Below are positions 51,873-64,000 of a stretch of 64,000 nucleotides of DNA, piece after piece. Under the pieces are notes generated by a model. The model did not search any database and had not been told where the DNA came from. It saw only the letters and a program-made list of their open reading frames with translations. The translations under genes were made by a program, and so were the position numbers. The DNA comes from Botryllus schlosseri (Eukaryota): the NCBI GenBank assembly GCA_051294905.1, contig CM119372.1, positions 23,004,001 to 23,068,000 on the forward strand. Reading direction: 5' to 3'. Numbering within the stretch: position 1 is the stretch's first letter; each line of letters opens with the position of its first letter.

Positions 51873-52915
51873 TAGGGTGGGTGTGAACCTCTGAAAGGTT
51901 CAGGTTCGTGTGAACGTGAACCTCTTTGAAATGCTCTGTGTGAACGCGAACGTCAACCTCATGACGTCACGTGACGTCATATTTCTAATTTAAACCCTAC
52001 ATTTCAGCGAAATGATATATATTAATGTACACGATACCTAGCGACGACTCGGGCCACATAATGCCACAATGCTGAAGTACATACTGACCTTTTAAACGTC
52101 GCCAAATGTATCAACTGGAGCAATCAAATGATATAATAATCCCATAAAATCAATATCTTCCGTCGCGTTGCCAACAATTTTGACGAGGACATACAAGGGA
52201 ATATAAGCTTACGCCTAAACGGTCTAGGCCAGACGAGACCATGTATTCGGCGTATGAGTGTTGTTACGTTTATATTGAGCAGAGTGTAAAACGGGGTTTA
52301 CCCCATTAACAAGTTATACAGCAGTAGCCAACACTCCAATCGCACGGATTTGGTTTTTATGATACAATAAACATATGAAATCGAGATGGACCCCGCGTAC
52401 AGACTTGGACAACTAGATAATCCTAGTTGTCTAATTTCACTAAATTAGAGCGGATTGCCAGTAATCTAATTCTAATCTAATTTGTGAAACATTTCGATGT
52501 TCTAATTCTAATTCTAATCTAATTCGTCAAATGTCCCTATTCTCTAAATCTAGTTCTAATCTAATTATTGTTTTCCTGGAAATGTCTCTTTGTCCGAGGC
52601 ATATTGCACTATTTCAGTGAGTTAACAAGAATATCTCCTCTTGTGCAAGGAAATCCAGTGCCAAACCGCCATCGCCTTACTTACACCGCGCAGTCATCGT
52701 AGATATTATGACGAATAATAGCCTGCTAGAGTAGCTTGTAGTCTGCGAACAACATTCTAGTTTTTAAAACTTTACGTTAGTACATCGCCGTTCTGACTAA
52801 CATGGGCGATGCCCATGGTTACCATAAAAGAAGTAATATTTCATTAAAGTATAGTAAAAATCGAGCAAAGCTTGGTGCACAGAAGTAAACAACTCTCATG
52901 GGTATGGGAATGCAC

Positions 52916-52955
<40 letters not shown>

Positions 52956-53338
52956 TAAACAAAAATATGTGACGGTTATCGCCTGACGGCCTTTTGCACC
53001 ACGCACTGTGATTTGATATGAACTGAATTTTGCTGTATTCATTTCCCATATACAAATTCATTGAATTTCCAAGTTTTTGGGAACTGAGTAATTCTAATTC
53101 TAATCTAATTTGGAAAAAGCTGTGTAGCTCTAATTCTAATTCTAATCTAATTTGGAAAATGCTGTGCAGCTCTAATTGTAATTCTAATCTAATTTGGAAA
53201 AACTGTGTAGCTCTAATTGTAATTCTAATCTAAGTAAAGAAAAACTGTGTAGCTCTAATTCTAATTCTAATCTAATTCCGAAAAGCTGAAAATTTTCTAG
53301 TTGTCCAAGTCTGCCCGCGTACGCTTGTTAGATTTTTT
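51873..53338. mobile_element. TAGGGATGGTGTGAAC family, copy 3 (truncated, interrupted)
   Basis: Homologous to 31092 onward; split by 52400-53313 and cut off by the LINE fragment. Confidence 0.75.
52400..53313. mobile_element. hAT MITE with CTAATTCTAATCTAA arrays and a (TTG)n microsatellite
   Basis: TIRs cagacttggacaactag / ctagttgtccaagtctg; TSD CCCGCGTA. Confidence 0.9.
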
Positions 53339-53339
53339 C

Positions 53340-54195
53340 CTGTTCTCACATCTCTAACTATTTCCTAGATCTCTTCCTCACTTGTGTCAGTTATAAAATA
53401 TGAATCTAAGCTTGACCTGCAGTAAACCACTGGGGATATATCAGGGTAATTGGCACAAGAAGAGGCCAACTTGTCACCTATAGAAACGATATACTCATTG
53501 AGTGATTGTGATATCACTATTCACTAATTTTGGTGCCATCGTCTTTGATGATACTAAGTGGAAAATTTGTATCAGTACGTTTTACATTATTCAACTGTTT
53601 GATCATACGAAAAGTTTGCCTTTGATCTCCATAATGATTGCTGAAGCAATTCATATAATATGACTCCTTTGCTTCTGATTTGATGTGATTCAACTTATTA
53701 GCATATGATTTATATTTTCTTTTATCGCCCTCAGTTCCACTCCGGGACCCTGTTTTATGCAAGAGTTTTCTCTTTTTAATAGAGCGTACGATGCCAGGAG
53801 TAATCCATGGTTTAATTTGCAGCTTTCGCTGCCTTCGTGACAATTTGTGAAGAGGAATGTGCTCATTTATCAAACGCAATATATTGACAATAAAATGATT
53901 AAAGTTCTCATTGAAGTTGTGTCTTGAGAGGGGGTAGAGTTATCATTAGCAAATTTGTCAAATGCATCGTGCAACAGTGAGTTTCGCGATTCAAGTGTTG
54001 GGAATCTTCTATATATACCATGGTGGCAGTAGGTGCAGGCGATTTAACTAGAACCTCAGCAACAAGTGGGTAATGATCAGTGAGGTCATTTTCCATAACA
54101 TAAGGAAATATTGTATATGAATCGAGGTTAGTGTAAATATGATTTATAAGAGTGGCAGAATGGTGGGTCACACGAGTGGGCTGCGTAATAATTAG
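53340..54195 (-). mobile_element. LINE (CR1/L2-group) ORF2 fragment, endonuclease end and linker
   Basis: QPTRVTHHSATLINHIYTN...DLTDHYPL and KPWITPGIVRSIKKRKLLHK; frameshifted. Confidence 0.8.
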
Positions 54196-55189
54196 GAATA
54201 GTGCCTACAGAGTTAAGAATGAATAAATAATCTTTTTCAAAAGCGGATTGGGATAGAATGTTGATATTTAGGCACTCCTGCACCGTCTACCATATACAAG
54301 TTATAACTTGTATACTTCCAAAGGGAAATAAACGACCATGGCCACAGGTATTCATGTAATTCTCACCGTTCTGTCTAGTATCACGGGGGCGCCTATAGCC
54401 TGTGATGATAGCGTGATGCAAATGATCGCATGATCGCATGCAACTGATCGCAGCTTCATGTGATTCATATTTCCGACTGTCAATCACAGAGCTTATGGAT
54501 ATTTTTCCCACGAGCTTCCGTCATTATATGTAAACAATTCACCGGAATTTTAAGGACACACGGTGATTGACTCCCAGCTTAAAATCAATTATGGATTGGG
54601 ATTGACTATAATGATATCCCAATTCGAGCATTACTTGCGATTTCCAAAGTAAGGCCCTCGTTCGATTTCCAGTTTTGTCTTCAGGTTTAGTAGTGCAATA
54701 AATATATCGACGATCCAATCATATCAATTCACCCTTTTGTCTGGATGTACAGAACATTTGCGAGTTAAGTCATTTTACATGGAATCTCATTACGTTTATA
54801 GCAATCCTATTCAGGCGTTTGTCCTATCGCATGACCATACATAGACGGCCAGCCCTCTCCTCCCACTTTTTAAAAGGGTAGGCTATGTTATATAATTCCC
54901 TAATATATACTACTATATTTACTATACTACTATTATTATTATTAAAAATTAGATTAGCATTAAAAAGTGTTTTCGTGCATTTGGTATTTACACGAGCCGT
55001 GGCATATCACATTCCATACTTTTAGCAAAAAAACCTTCTCCAGCAACTTCTTGTTATTATAAAGTGCTTCATGGATCTCACGACAGCTCAGGTCTTGGTT
55101 TACCTTTACTCCCGGCCGAAACAGCACTCCGTCAGCCCTCCCAAATAAAACCGTTGGTATGGGGCCTCCCATAGGGTGATAAGCCAAAC

Positions 55190-56190
55190 TTCTTCACTTC
55201 GTTCTGAGTAGGCGCGTCAACCAAGATGGAAAAAGGCTGTACACAAAGTTTTGACAAATCAATTTTTGAGCGTATGGAGCATGAACTCCTGTAAAAATGA
55301 TTGTAGTCTTGATCCATGTTGGAATCGGAGAATATTCCTTTTGCAATCGTAGTGGAGGAATGATTGCTGGTGTTTGACGGTGTGGAATGCCCAGGTACCC
55401 TCAGCAGCAGCTGCCCCTTGTGGTCTGTGGTCGTTGGTGCTGATCAACTTGTGAGAAAATTGTTCATCGACTGGTTCGAATCAATCATTATGACACTCTT
55501 CTTGTGTTTTGGGGTATCAATGTGGGTTGAAATAGCGGTCTTTCCTATGGCCACCAGATTAGTGTCACAATTGCAGATATTGCAATGTGCGAAACACTCG
55601 CCCTCTAAGCTTCCTTTGATACCTTTGAATTCTCTCTCATAATCGTCACGAAAAAGTTTTTACGCCTGATCATTTTAACTAATCAGATTTATCCTTATTA
55701 GTAGCTAAAACTATATGCGCGATATAATTTAGATAAATTTATCAATGATTTATTGCTTTACTACTTTTTAACCCAAGTGTCGACTGCACTGCGCCCTTTT
55801 TCAGTACCTATAAATGCTGCCTTCCCCACAGCTTATATTCTGCTGTATAGGCTAAACAGCAGAAACCTGGTGTTGCTGTTTACGGCTAAAGTGACGTCCG
55901 CTACGATAGCTTGGAACATCCAAAACTTCTATACTACTCACTGCCCTAGCTATCTCACCACTAGGAAGTCAAATCGTGTGGAGTGTACGCCACGGGACTT
56001 CCTTTCATTCATGATGTCATAACAGCTCGACGCGAAGGCAGAATTTTAAAATATTATGCAACACAGATACCAGACGAAAACGATCGAAGTTCTGTAGGTG
56101 TTGAAAATAAGACAAAATAAGGACGCAAGTCGAAAAGAAGGACAAATCTTAGAAATAAGGACGGTACATACATGCCATATGGCCACCCTG
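55190..56190 (-). mobile_element. Decayed DNA transposon 5' part (zinc-finger transposase fragment and terminus)
   Basis: AHCNICNCDTNL...STHIDTPKHK and AAEGTWAFHTVKHQQSF; terminus tggccaccctg at 56190 with GGAC subterminal repeats. Confidence 0.55.
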
Positions 56191-56836
56191 TGTATAGTTG
56201 TAGTCAGCAGTCTTGACGCATTGCATTAAAGTTCAAATCTCTTTTTTGGTAATATCTGGATACTCCTAATCCATCATGATTAGCTCCTCGTACTATAAAG
56301 AGATATTTTAGTAATTCAGAAATATGCTCGGTTTCAAATCTTCCACGTACTACGGCCTTCTGAACTGGTCAACAACATCTTTAGAATTAATACATCTAAT
56401 TTCGCTCTCATGATGATTCTTCTGGTAAATACACGGTTCATTTAATAGCATTACATTGACACTTGAAGTTTCGACTTTAGACTTCTAATATCCCCTAACA
56501 CTATTCTATTCTCGAATCCAAAAAGGTCTGGAATTATCCGTCATATGTTTAGATACACGCTAAGACAAGAATGACGACGACTAAGTACTATTCTATATTT
56601 AAGGTGTGACGATCAACTTTTCGCCATATTTTCTATCTTCCGGTATTCAAATTAAGCTGACTTGCTCATCGCATTAATCGGCCATTTAACTTGGTGATAT
56701 ATTTTCTATAGTTTATGATGTCATAAACCTCGATCATCGGCATTCACCGATGTTCGCGATAGCTACGACATTGCTACAGAAACAATGTGGTGTAGGAAGT
56801 TCTCCCCATATACGATGATGATAATACTGGTCTTCA

Positions 56837-57500
56837 AATTTCGAAAAAAAAATTGCGCCAAACATTTTAATGATTGATTTAGGCTAATGTAAGGTTGCTG
56901 AATTCGATTCTGTGCTCAGAATTTCTTTATCACGTCAAACTTTTTCCGTATGAATTTTTCCCATTTTCGTAAATTAATCAAATTTCGACTTTCGTTATTG
57001 ACATCACGGTTAGCATACAACAGCAACAGATCAAATATTGTTATTAAAATCATCTATCATGAAACCTGAGTTGTTGTAGTACAGAATGAGTGAGTTTTGA
57101 TGAACTTGAATCCAGTAAATCTCTATCTTTGTTCAATGTTCAATCAGAAGCTCTTTTCGACCCATAAAATTACACTGATCTACGAATTTCAAAAATAAAT
57201 TGCCTCAAACATTTTAATGATTGTTTTAGGCTAATATTAGGTTGCCGAATCCGATTTTTTCTCTATCACGTCAATTTTTTCGGTGTGTATTTTTCTCATT
57301 TTTATAAATTATTCAAATTTCAGCTTTCGTTAGTGACATTCCGGTGAGCGTACAACTGCAACAAATCAAATATTGGTATTGAAATCATCTATAATGATGA
57401 AACCTGGGTTGTTGTAGAACAGAATAACTGAGTTTTCGGAGAACTTGAATCCAGTGGTTCTCTTTTCTCTTTCGATCAGGACCTCTTTTCGACCAATATA
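56837..57500. repeat. Diverged ~350-bp tandem duplication
   Basis: 56837-57165 aligns with 57185-57495. Confidence 0.7.
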
Positions 57501-58514
57501 TTTATACGTGGATGCAACTAATTTTAGTCGGTAGCAGTCATCATCTTTATATACCACTCTTCATTTGAAGATTGTGATTAGTGGCTCCGTACCTAATTTA
57601 GTTCCCTACGCTTATCATTCTTTATACATCCGTCCTGCAGACTTAATCGGTTAATGCATTTTGTGACAGCACACTGCTCTTTCGTAAAACGTGAAAATGT
57701 TTGCAAACAACAAACATTGTATTGTTGGTATATTATGTAGAAGAGAATTTTTCACTCCTGTACATGACCTAAATATGTGGCCCTTAAAGCTTGTTTTGGA
57801 ACATTAGAAGAAACAGGATGCCTGCTTTTCCAAAGAATAAAGGGCTTATCATGATAACTTGAAAAAATTTGTCATCAATAATCTACGCCTCTACTTATCA
57901 TGCTAATTCTTCTTCTCCAGTTTTCATATTCTGTTACATTTTAACGGAATCGAGGAAAGCTGTTTGCTTTATTTTTATTTTCGGTTTATTGCCCAGGTAT
58001 AAAGGGCTTCTTTTGCATTGTCTATTATAGACAACCAGATGAATGGAGACTGCTTACTAACAGCTCAACACGAAACCTGAAGTGCGTGTTAATTCACAAT
58101 AGAAATAAATATGCATCGGTTCTAGAACAGTCGATCCGTCTCGACATAGGACGTTTTGTGGCCTACACCACATACCACGTGTTCTATGCTGGAAGAGAGC
58201 CAGAGATGAGCATTGGTTAATTTCTAGTGACGTTTTTATATGGTTTCGAGGCTTTTTCCTAGTGTTTTGCAGGATTTAATGCCAGTTCTAAATACAAACA
58301 GCTTCGAATTTTTGGTTGTTTCTGTTTTCGCCGTAATATTTTACTATGAACTAGAGTTGGTCGAAGGGATCGGCGTTGCTACTCAAGTAGCACAAGTAAC
58401 GCCTTAGACTTCTACTCAATTACAAGTAGAAGTAATAATTTCCCGAGACATCTGAAAACTATTTCAAGTGGAATACGAACTGAAAGGTCTGATGAAGTCA
58501 GTAAATTTCTAAGT

Positions 58515-59380
58515 AAAACTGAACTCATCATTTTTACGCCAATCAGACGCCCCATCGACCACAATCAATTCACCATCAGATTCGGACCAGACACCATTCA
58601 AGCCAAGACCTGTGTACGTAACCTAGGTATTCACTTTGACGGCATGCTCTCAATGGAAAACATATCGACTATACATCAAAGATCTGTTTCATGTATATCC
58701 ACAAGATCAGTCGAATCAGGAACTACCTATCTGAGGATGCATGCAAAGCCATAATACTGTCGCTGGTGATATCGCGGCTTGACTGTGGAAATGCTCTGCT
58801 TTACGGGGTAAACCAAAATTGCATCGACAAGCTACAAAAGATCCAAAACATCGCTGCTCGTTTGGTAACTCGGTCAAGGAAGCGTGATCACGTAACGTCG
58901 ATTCTTAGATCCCTTCATTGGTTACCCGTGAAATTTAGGTCTGAATACAAGCTTCTTCTGTACGTCTTCAAATGCATGGAGGGAAGTGCACCAGCGTATC
59001 TTCGTGAGCTAGTGTCAATGTATAATCCCGGAAGAGCGCTGCGTTCTCAGTCGCAAAAACTCTTGTCAGTTCCAAGAGTCAGAACATCGACCTACGGCGA
59101 GAGAACCTTTTCTTCCTCGGCCGCCATTCTGTGAAACAATCTTCGATTTTCTATCCGACTATGTGACTCGCTATATGTTTTCAAACGCAAAATCAAGACC
59201 GTTTTATTCGCACGAGCGTTCGAGCTACAGTAGTGTTCATTCCCCCCCAACAACTATGCACTCCGTCTTTTATACATATCATTTACTTTTATACTTTATT
59301 GCCTTTTATGTACAGCGCCCAAGTGTAGTAATGATATATTGTTATATTCGGCGCTCTATAAATTATTATAATATTATTAT
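58515..59380 (+). mobile_element. L2-clade LINE 3' end
   Basis: KTELIIF..., SLVISRLDCGNALLYG, LQKIQNIAARLVT, LRSLHWLPV, APAYL; ends in an ATT/TAT-rich tail. Confidence 0.9.
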
Positions 59381-60748
59381 ATTCTTTATTCACAGTAAGA
59401 AACTGGTCAATACACACATAATCCGGGGAGTAACCTGCACCCAAAGGAAAATGGCGAGATTGGAGTAAATTTTTTAAAATTTCAGTAATGCAGTCAAATT
59501 GTTATTCCTATGCAATACATGGAGTCTAAGTCAGATTACAGAATTGCAGTAGATGAAGAATTGGCAAGGGTTACAGAGCAGAGGTAGAGATGATTGAAAA
59601 TGAAGAATCGAAATTACAGAAACGATGCTCTGATTCACTAGTATAATTTTAGTCCAGTGGTGCATTCAACGCCTTCCGAAGAATATGCACAGTGCCCAAT
59701 AACGTGATCTTTTGGATCATGTCGAATCGAACGTTACCCGGAATCTGTCGGATATGTCTCATGAGTTTTTTGCTTACGACCCCTGTAGCGCCAATGACTA
59801 TCGGTACAATGTTTATTTTGCATCGCCACATTTTCTCACATTCCATTTTGAGGTCTGCGTATTTGGACTGCTTTTCTGATTCTTTTTGTTGTATATCGTG
59901 ATCAGCTGGGACAGCCAGTTCAATGAACAAGCATTCTCTTTTCTTTTTTAGTTTGATGATCATATCCGGGCAGTTGCTTCTGATTTCGGGGTCAGTTATA
60001 ACTGGTACATCCCACAGAATTTTTACCTGTTCGTTTTCTGTCACTGGTGCTGGGCTGTAATCGTACCAATTTTTTGTCGAAGTGGTGATGTTAAAATGTT
60101 TGCATAATTCAAGATGAATGTAGTGCCCAATCCTATTGTGTCTCCATGTGTATTCGGTAGCTGCAAGTGCACCACAGCCGGACATGTGATGTGCCACAGT
60201 TTGATTTTGGTTGTGGCACATTCTGCATTTGCCGTCTGTGTTTTGCTTCAGAATTCTTTTGCGATAGTATTTTGTAGGGATAACATAACATAACATGGTT
60301 GGGTTATATTTTTATCTGAACAAGTCACACACAATGTACAATGCGATAAGACACAATGCGATGTCATGAACAGATAGGAGGATGTAGAACCACACGCATC
60401 AGTAGCGATCCTTTACTCTAACATCCACCTCGGCCTAGAGTGCCCGATGTCACATTTCTTTTTTTTTCGATGCTGAGCGATTGGTCTTGTGCTGCGAAAA
60501 TGAACCCTTCGCTTGTCGGTTTCAGACCAGAGCTGGATAGCCAGGTCCATGAAAGCTCGTCTACATGGGGCTTTGAAGTTAACTTCTTGTGCTGTACATG
60601 AAGAGGCATTGACTCCCATATCGTTTCTCTCATTTTGAGCGTTGCATTTTTGTATCGAACTCGTGCTGCTTTTGCTATTGTTGTGGGTTTGGCAACAGTG
60701 TTTTCAGCAGTGTACAGGTTAGCTGTTTCCATGTTGACTTCTCTGACG
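59374..60748 (-). mobile_element. R4/Dong-like RLE non-LTR retrotransposon, 5'-truncated copy A
   Basis: LKPTSEGFIFAAQDQSL, CRMC...H..SGC zinc knuckle, RHN, PD..IELAVP, EKQSKY restriction-like endonuclease; 3' UTR ending AATAAAGAATATAATAA. Confidence 0.9.
60281..60474 (-). mobile_element. SINE 3' fragment inserted in the R4/Dong ORF
   Basis: (ATGTT)n tail; removal restores QDQSLPTKYY in frame; similar to 3045-3150. Confidence 0.7.
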
Positions 60749-63700
60749 TTATTATATTCTTTATTCACAGTAAAACTGGTAGATACACACATAATCCGGG
60801 GAGCAACCTGCCCCCAAAGGAAAATGGCGAGATTGGAGTAAATTTTTAAAATTTCAGTAATACATTCAAATTGTTATTCCTATGCAATACACGGAGAAGT
60901 CAGATTACAGAATTGCAGCAGATGAAGAATTGGCAAGGGTTACAGAGCAGAGGTAGAGATGATTGAAGATGAACAATCGAAATTACAGAAATTATCAGTG
61001 GCGGCTCGTGACAATATCGGGTGGTGGGGCAAGGGCCGCAAGCGACTTGTTATCAATATGACGTCACAGTAGCGTTTTTCAACGTTCATGATGGCCACAT
61101 GAATTTCCCGTAAACAATGATTTTTAACGTAGGTGCCGCGAGAGGTTTGCCGGTGGCGTGACTTGAAGTGCGGTAACAAATGTTTTATTCATTGTTTTTT
61201 ATTCAAATGATTATTTTACAAAATGTACGCGAACTAAGAATCGTTCCCATGCCACGAATCAATCATCAGGTTATCCTTAGTAGCATGCGTTATGATTTCG
61301 TGGTAGAGATTACGCAAGCGCCGAGTAAGACTATACCAAAAATACACAGACCAACTACCTACAAAGAGCATTCGCATGACACCTTGTGGTGTTTTAATCG
61401 TTCCATGCTCAGCAATTCTGTAAAGTGCTGCAGCGCCTCCGACCCGATTTGTATATGGATTCTCGTCCCGAAAGCGAGTCAAATCGATTTGCCCTCGTCC
61501 GAAAGTGTTTGGTACACGATCCTGATGCGTTACGACCAGGGGATAGGCAATCAAAGCGGTGGCACCCATAAACGTAAAACATAAAAAGCCAGCTGTTATC
61601 CATGGAAGATTAATTACGAGTCTGCCTGCCATCATTCAAGCAGGAATCAAAGCATTGTGTTAAATTGAAATGCGAGCACATATCGCATTAAACAATTTCA
61701 TGAATAAATTATTTCATCTTGATGAATTTTTCACTTTTTTTCCATAGCCATAACAAAATATATCGGTAAATTAACTGTCAGTGTGCCTCGAGTAAAATGC
61801 TATCAATGGAAGCCGCGTATTTAATTAGATCCAAAAATACCCCCCTATTGAGAGAGCATTCCTTCTCATCGTGGCCTCGAAGGGGCAATTCATGAACTCC
61901 AATAAATTTAATGGCATCAATCACCCGAGAGAGAACATGCCTATTCTTATCTACAAGCTCATTGTGCTTGCAGACTGATACGCGATAACTTTCATTGAGC
62001 TGCGACATTACATTTACTCTGCCAAACAATTTATATTTAACTGCACTAGCCATGCGCACTTGGGATTTTTGGTGCGTTTTCAGACGCTCTGACAAATGCT
62101 TCAGATCGCGATAACCAATTTTGTTCCAACAAGAGCCACTGCTTACGGTACCGGCACTGTCGAATAAAAGACAGTAAAAGCAAAACAAGGCGTTTTTATC
62201 CTCGCCATAAGTAAGCCATTCATTTTTATCGAAATGCGCTGAAGAAAAGGCACGAGTGCGCTTTCCTCCGGCGTACGATTGGATCAATGGGCAATTTCTA
62301 GGCTGATACGGACCTAGTCGCTTTACCTCTAATTTTTGCTCTAAAGGCAGCTGGCTAAACGGCGTACGGAGCAAAGATTCAACACGATTCATGTTCGCAC
62401 TTGACCTGACTACTTATCTGCAGAAATGGAAATGACTATAAATCGAGAGATTGCGTATGCCTAACTGGAAAGGTCAACGAGTTCGGACACATACGCAATT
62501 GTTATCTCATAGATTGGACAAGGAAATGTCATATTGAATCCAAAACATCATTCTGAAGAACTACGGATAGCAGCCTCGGAAATTCGGTCCCGGTACAGCT
62601 TGGGAGATTCTGGCCTTGAGGCTGGAGACTGTCACACGACACATACGGCTTACGGTCTATAGTGTCTATATGTCTGCTGCAAAATCGCCTTCGGAAAATA
62701 TATTACCGAATAAATACGTGGATGAAAGCCGAAAACTTGGTACACTGTTACATGAAATCATCGAGAAGTATAGCCTCATGACCGTTTTCGGTATGGTACA
62801 CTGTCAAAATTAATACGAACAGATCAACGCCGAATTTTGCGTAATATTTACTGAGGAATCGGCTGATCAAGCGATCAGCTGTTAGCCGCCATCGAAAACG
62901 AAACAGCTATCGCGCTTGACAGGGGTTGTAATTGTGAGCAAATGGCCCGAAGGCCACCATTCCACGGTGAAATTGACATTGGATAATATAAAATAAAACT
63001 AAATATTTGAATGCAAACCGAGGATGTTAGTAAACTGTTTCATGATATCATCATCTCATCACCTATCTCAGTATGGAACACAGATACACCGGCTTTTGCG
63101 TGAAATCCGCAATGCGTTAGGTAGGCTAAGTGTCAGATCAGCGCACATCTCTACCATACTCGAACTTAATAACGAAATTGCTGCCCTAATCATTGAGTGT
63201 CAACCTTGAGACTTGGCACAGCGTTCGATACTAAAATCAAGACATACCATGTAAAAGTTCATGACGGATCTAGCTAAGGAGCATCGTTAAAATCAATGGA
63301 GACCAATACCGGCTTTGCGTGAAATATGTTTGCGATACATGACCGATCAGCACACACTCGACTTTGGAAACGGAATTACTACCCTAAACTTTGAGTAGAA
63401 ACCCTGAAACTTAGGACAGTGTTAAATACCACCATCACGACATGACATACCAAGTTTCAAGAATTATCATGGTGTGAAACACCATCAAAATCGACCTGTA
63501 CCAGCAACGGTCGACTCAACGCATATCACGGTATCCGAGTTCAGATATAGATACGATTGTTACATCACACCTTAGGGGCCAGCAAGCATATTTGCCCCGG
63601 TTGCTCGGCCATTTTACGAATAGGAGAGAGTAAAGCAACGTTTCTTAATTGTGCGCAGCTTTGAGAGAATAGATAGTGAAAGCTTGTTATGAGCGCTACC

Positions 63701-64000
63701 GGGGCAAGCCCCGGCTGGGCATTCACAAAGCGAAAACACAGAAGAGAATTCGATTTTCGCGGAGACTTCGCTATGTATGGGCATTTGCAAGCGAAAGCAC
63801 AAGAAGAACGCGGGTTTCGCTGTGATCTCGATATATATTGAGCGCTGTGCGTCTATAAATGGTTAAATTGTTATTGAACAGAATTTTAGGTGGGGCAATG
63901 CCCCAGTTGCCCTATAGGACGAGCCGCCACTGGAAATTATGCTTTGATTCACAAATGTAATTTTAGTCCAGTGGTGAATTCAAGGCCTTCCGAAGAATGT
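60749..64000 (-). mobile_element. R4/Dong-like copy B (3' UTR and ORF end), split by hAT copy 2
   Basis: 60749-60990 aligns with 59374-59622; 63941-64000 aligns with 59627-59686. Confidence 0.85.
60996..63932 (-). mobile_element. Young non-autonomous hAT element (2,937 bp), copy 2
   Basis: Same TIRs; perfect TSD GAAATTAT; mirror ORFs at 61778-62392 and 61234-61635. Confidence 0.95.

Noticed and set aside
52819..53061. PolyQ ORF
   Set aside because: It is a (TTG)n microsatellite inside a MITE
58489..58510. Other CTGAYGA heptamers (e.g. 3891, 25511, 58489) as hammerheads
   Set aside because: They lack a properly spaced GAAA and closing stems
563..63802. Most 60-130-aa ORFs in the track
   Set aside because: They lie within non-coding repeats, often start at non-ATG codons, and show no recognisable domains

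Overview
Eukaryotic, AT-rich, transposon-saturated genomic DNA from an animal (plausibly a marine invertebrate such as an ascidian; the taxon is inferred, not shown). Most of the window is nested non-autonomous DNA transposons, mostly hAT-type with 8-bp TSDs, plus EnSpm-like and MULE-like elements, LINE and SINE fragments. Host-gene content is small: a decayed multi-exon fibrinogen-domain pseudogene (- strand, ~25.7-30.6 kb), a two-exon divergent C-type-lectin-like gene (- strand, 45.5-49.1 kb), and possible MFS-transporter pseudogene remnants. Highlights: (i) minimal type-I hammerhead ribozyme motifs, one with an intact core, in an inverted repeat at ~0.4 kb, with further degenerate copies at 11.4 and 50.3 kb; (ii) two near-identical 2,937-bp hAT elements in opposite orientation with different TSDs, carrying a truncated transposase and a membrane-protein-like cargo ORF, one inserted 12 bp inside the lectin gene's intron; (iii) a decayed 28S rRNA fragment directly behind a hAT terminus; (iv) tandem R4/Dong-like RLE retrotransposons sitting in the AT-microsatellite tail of an L2 LINE; (v) two different hAT elements sharing one thrice-repeated 8-bp target site. 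All calls were made by eye, and most short ORFs in the track are spurious.
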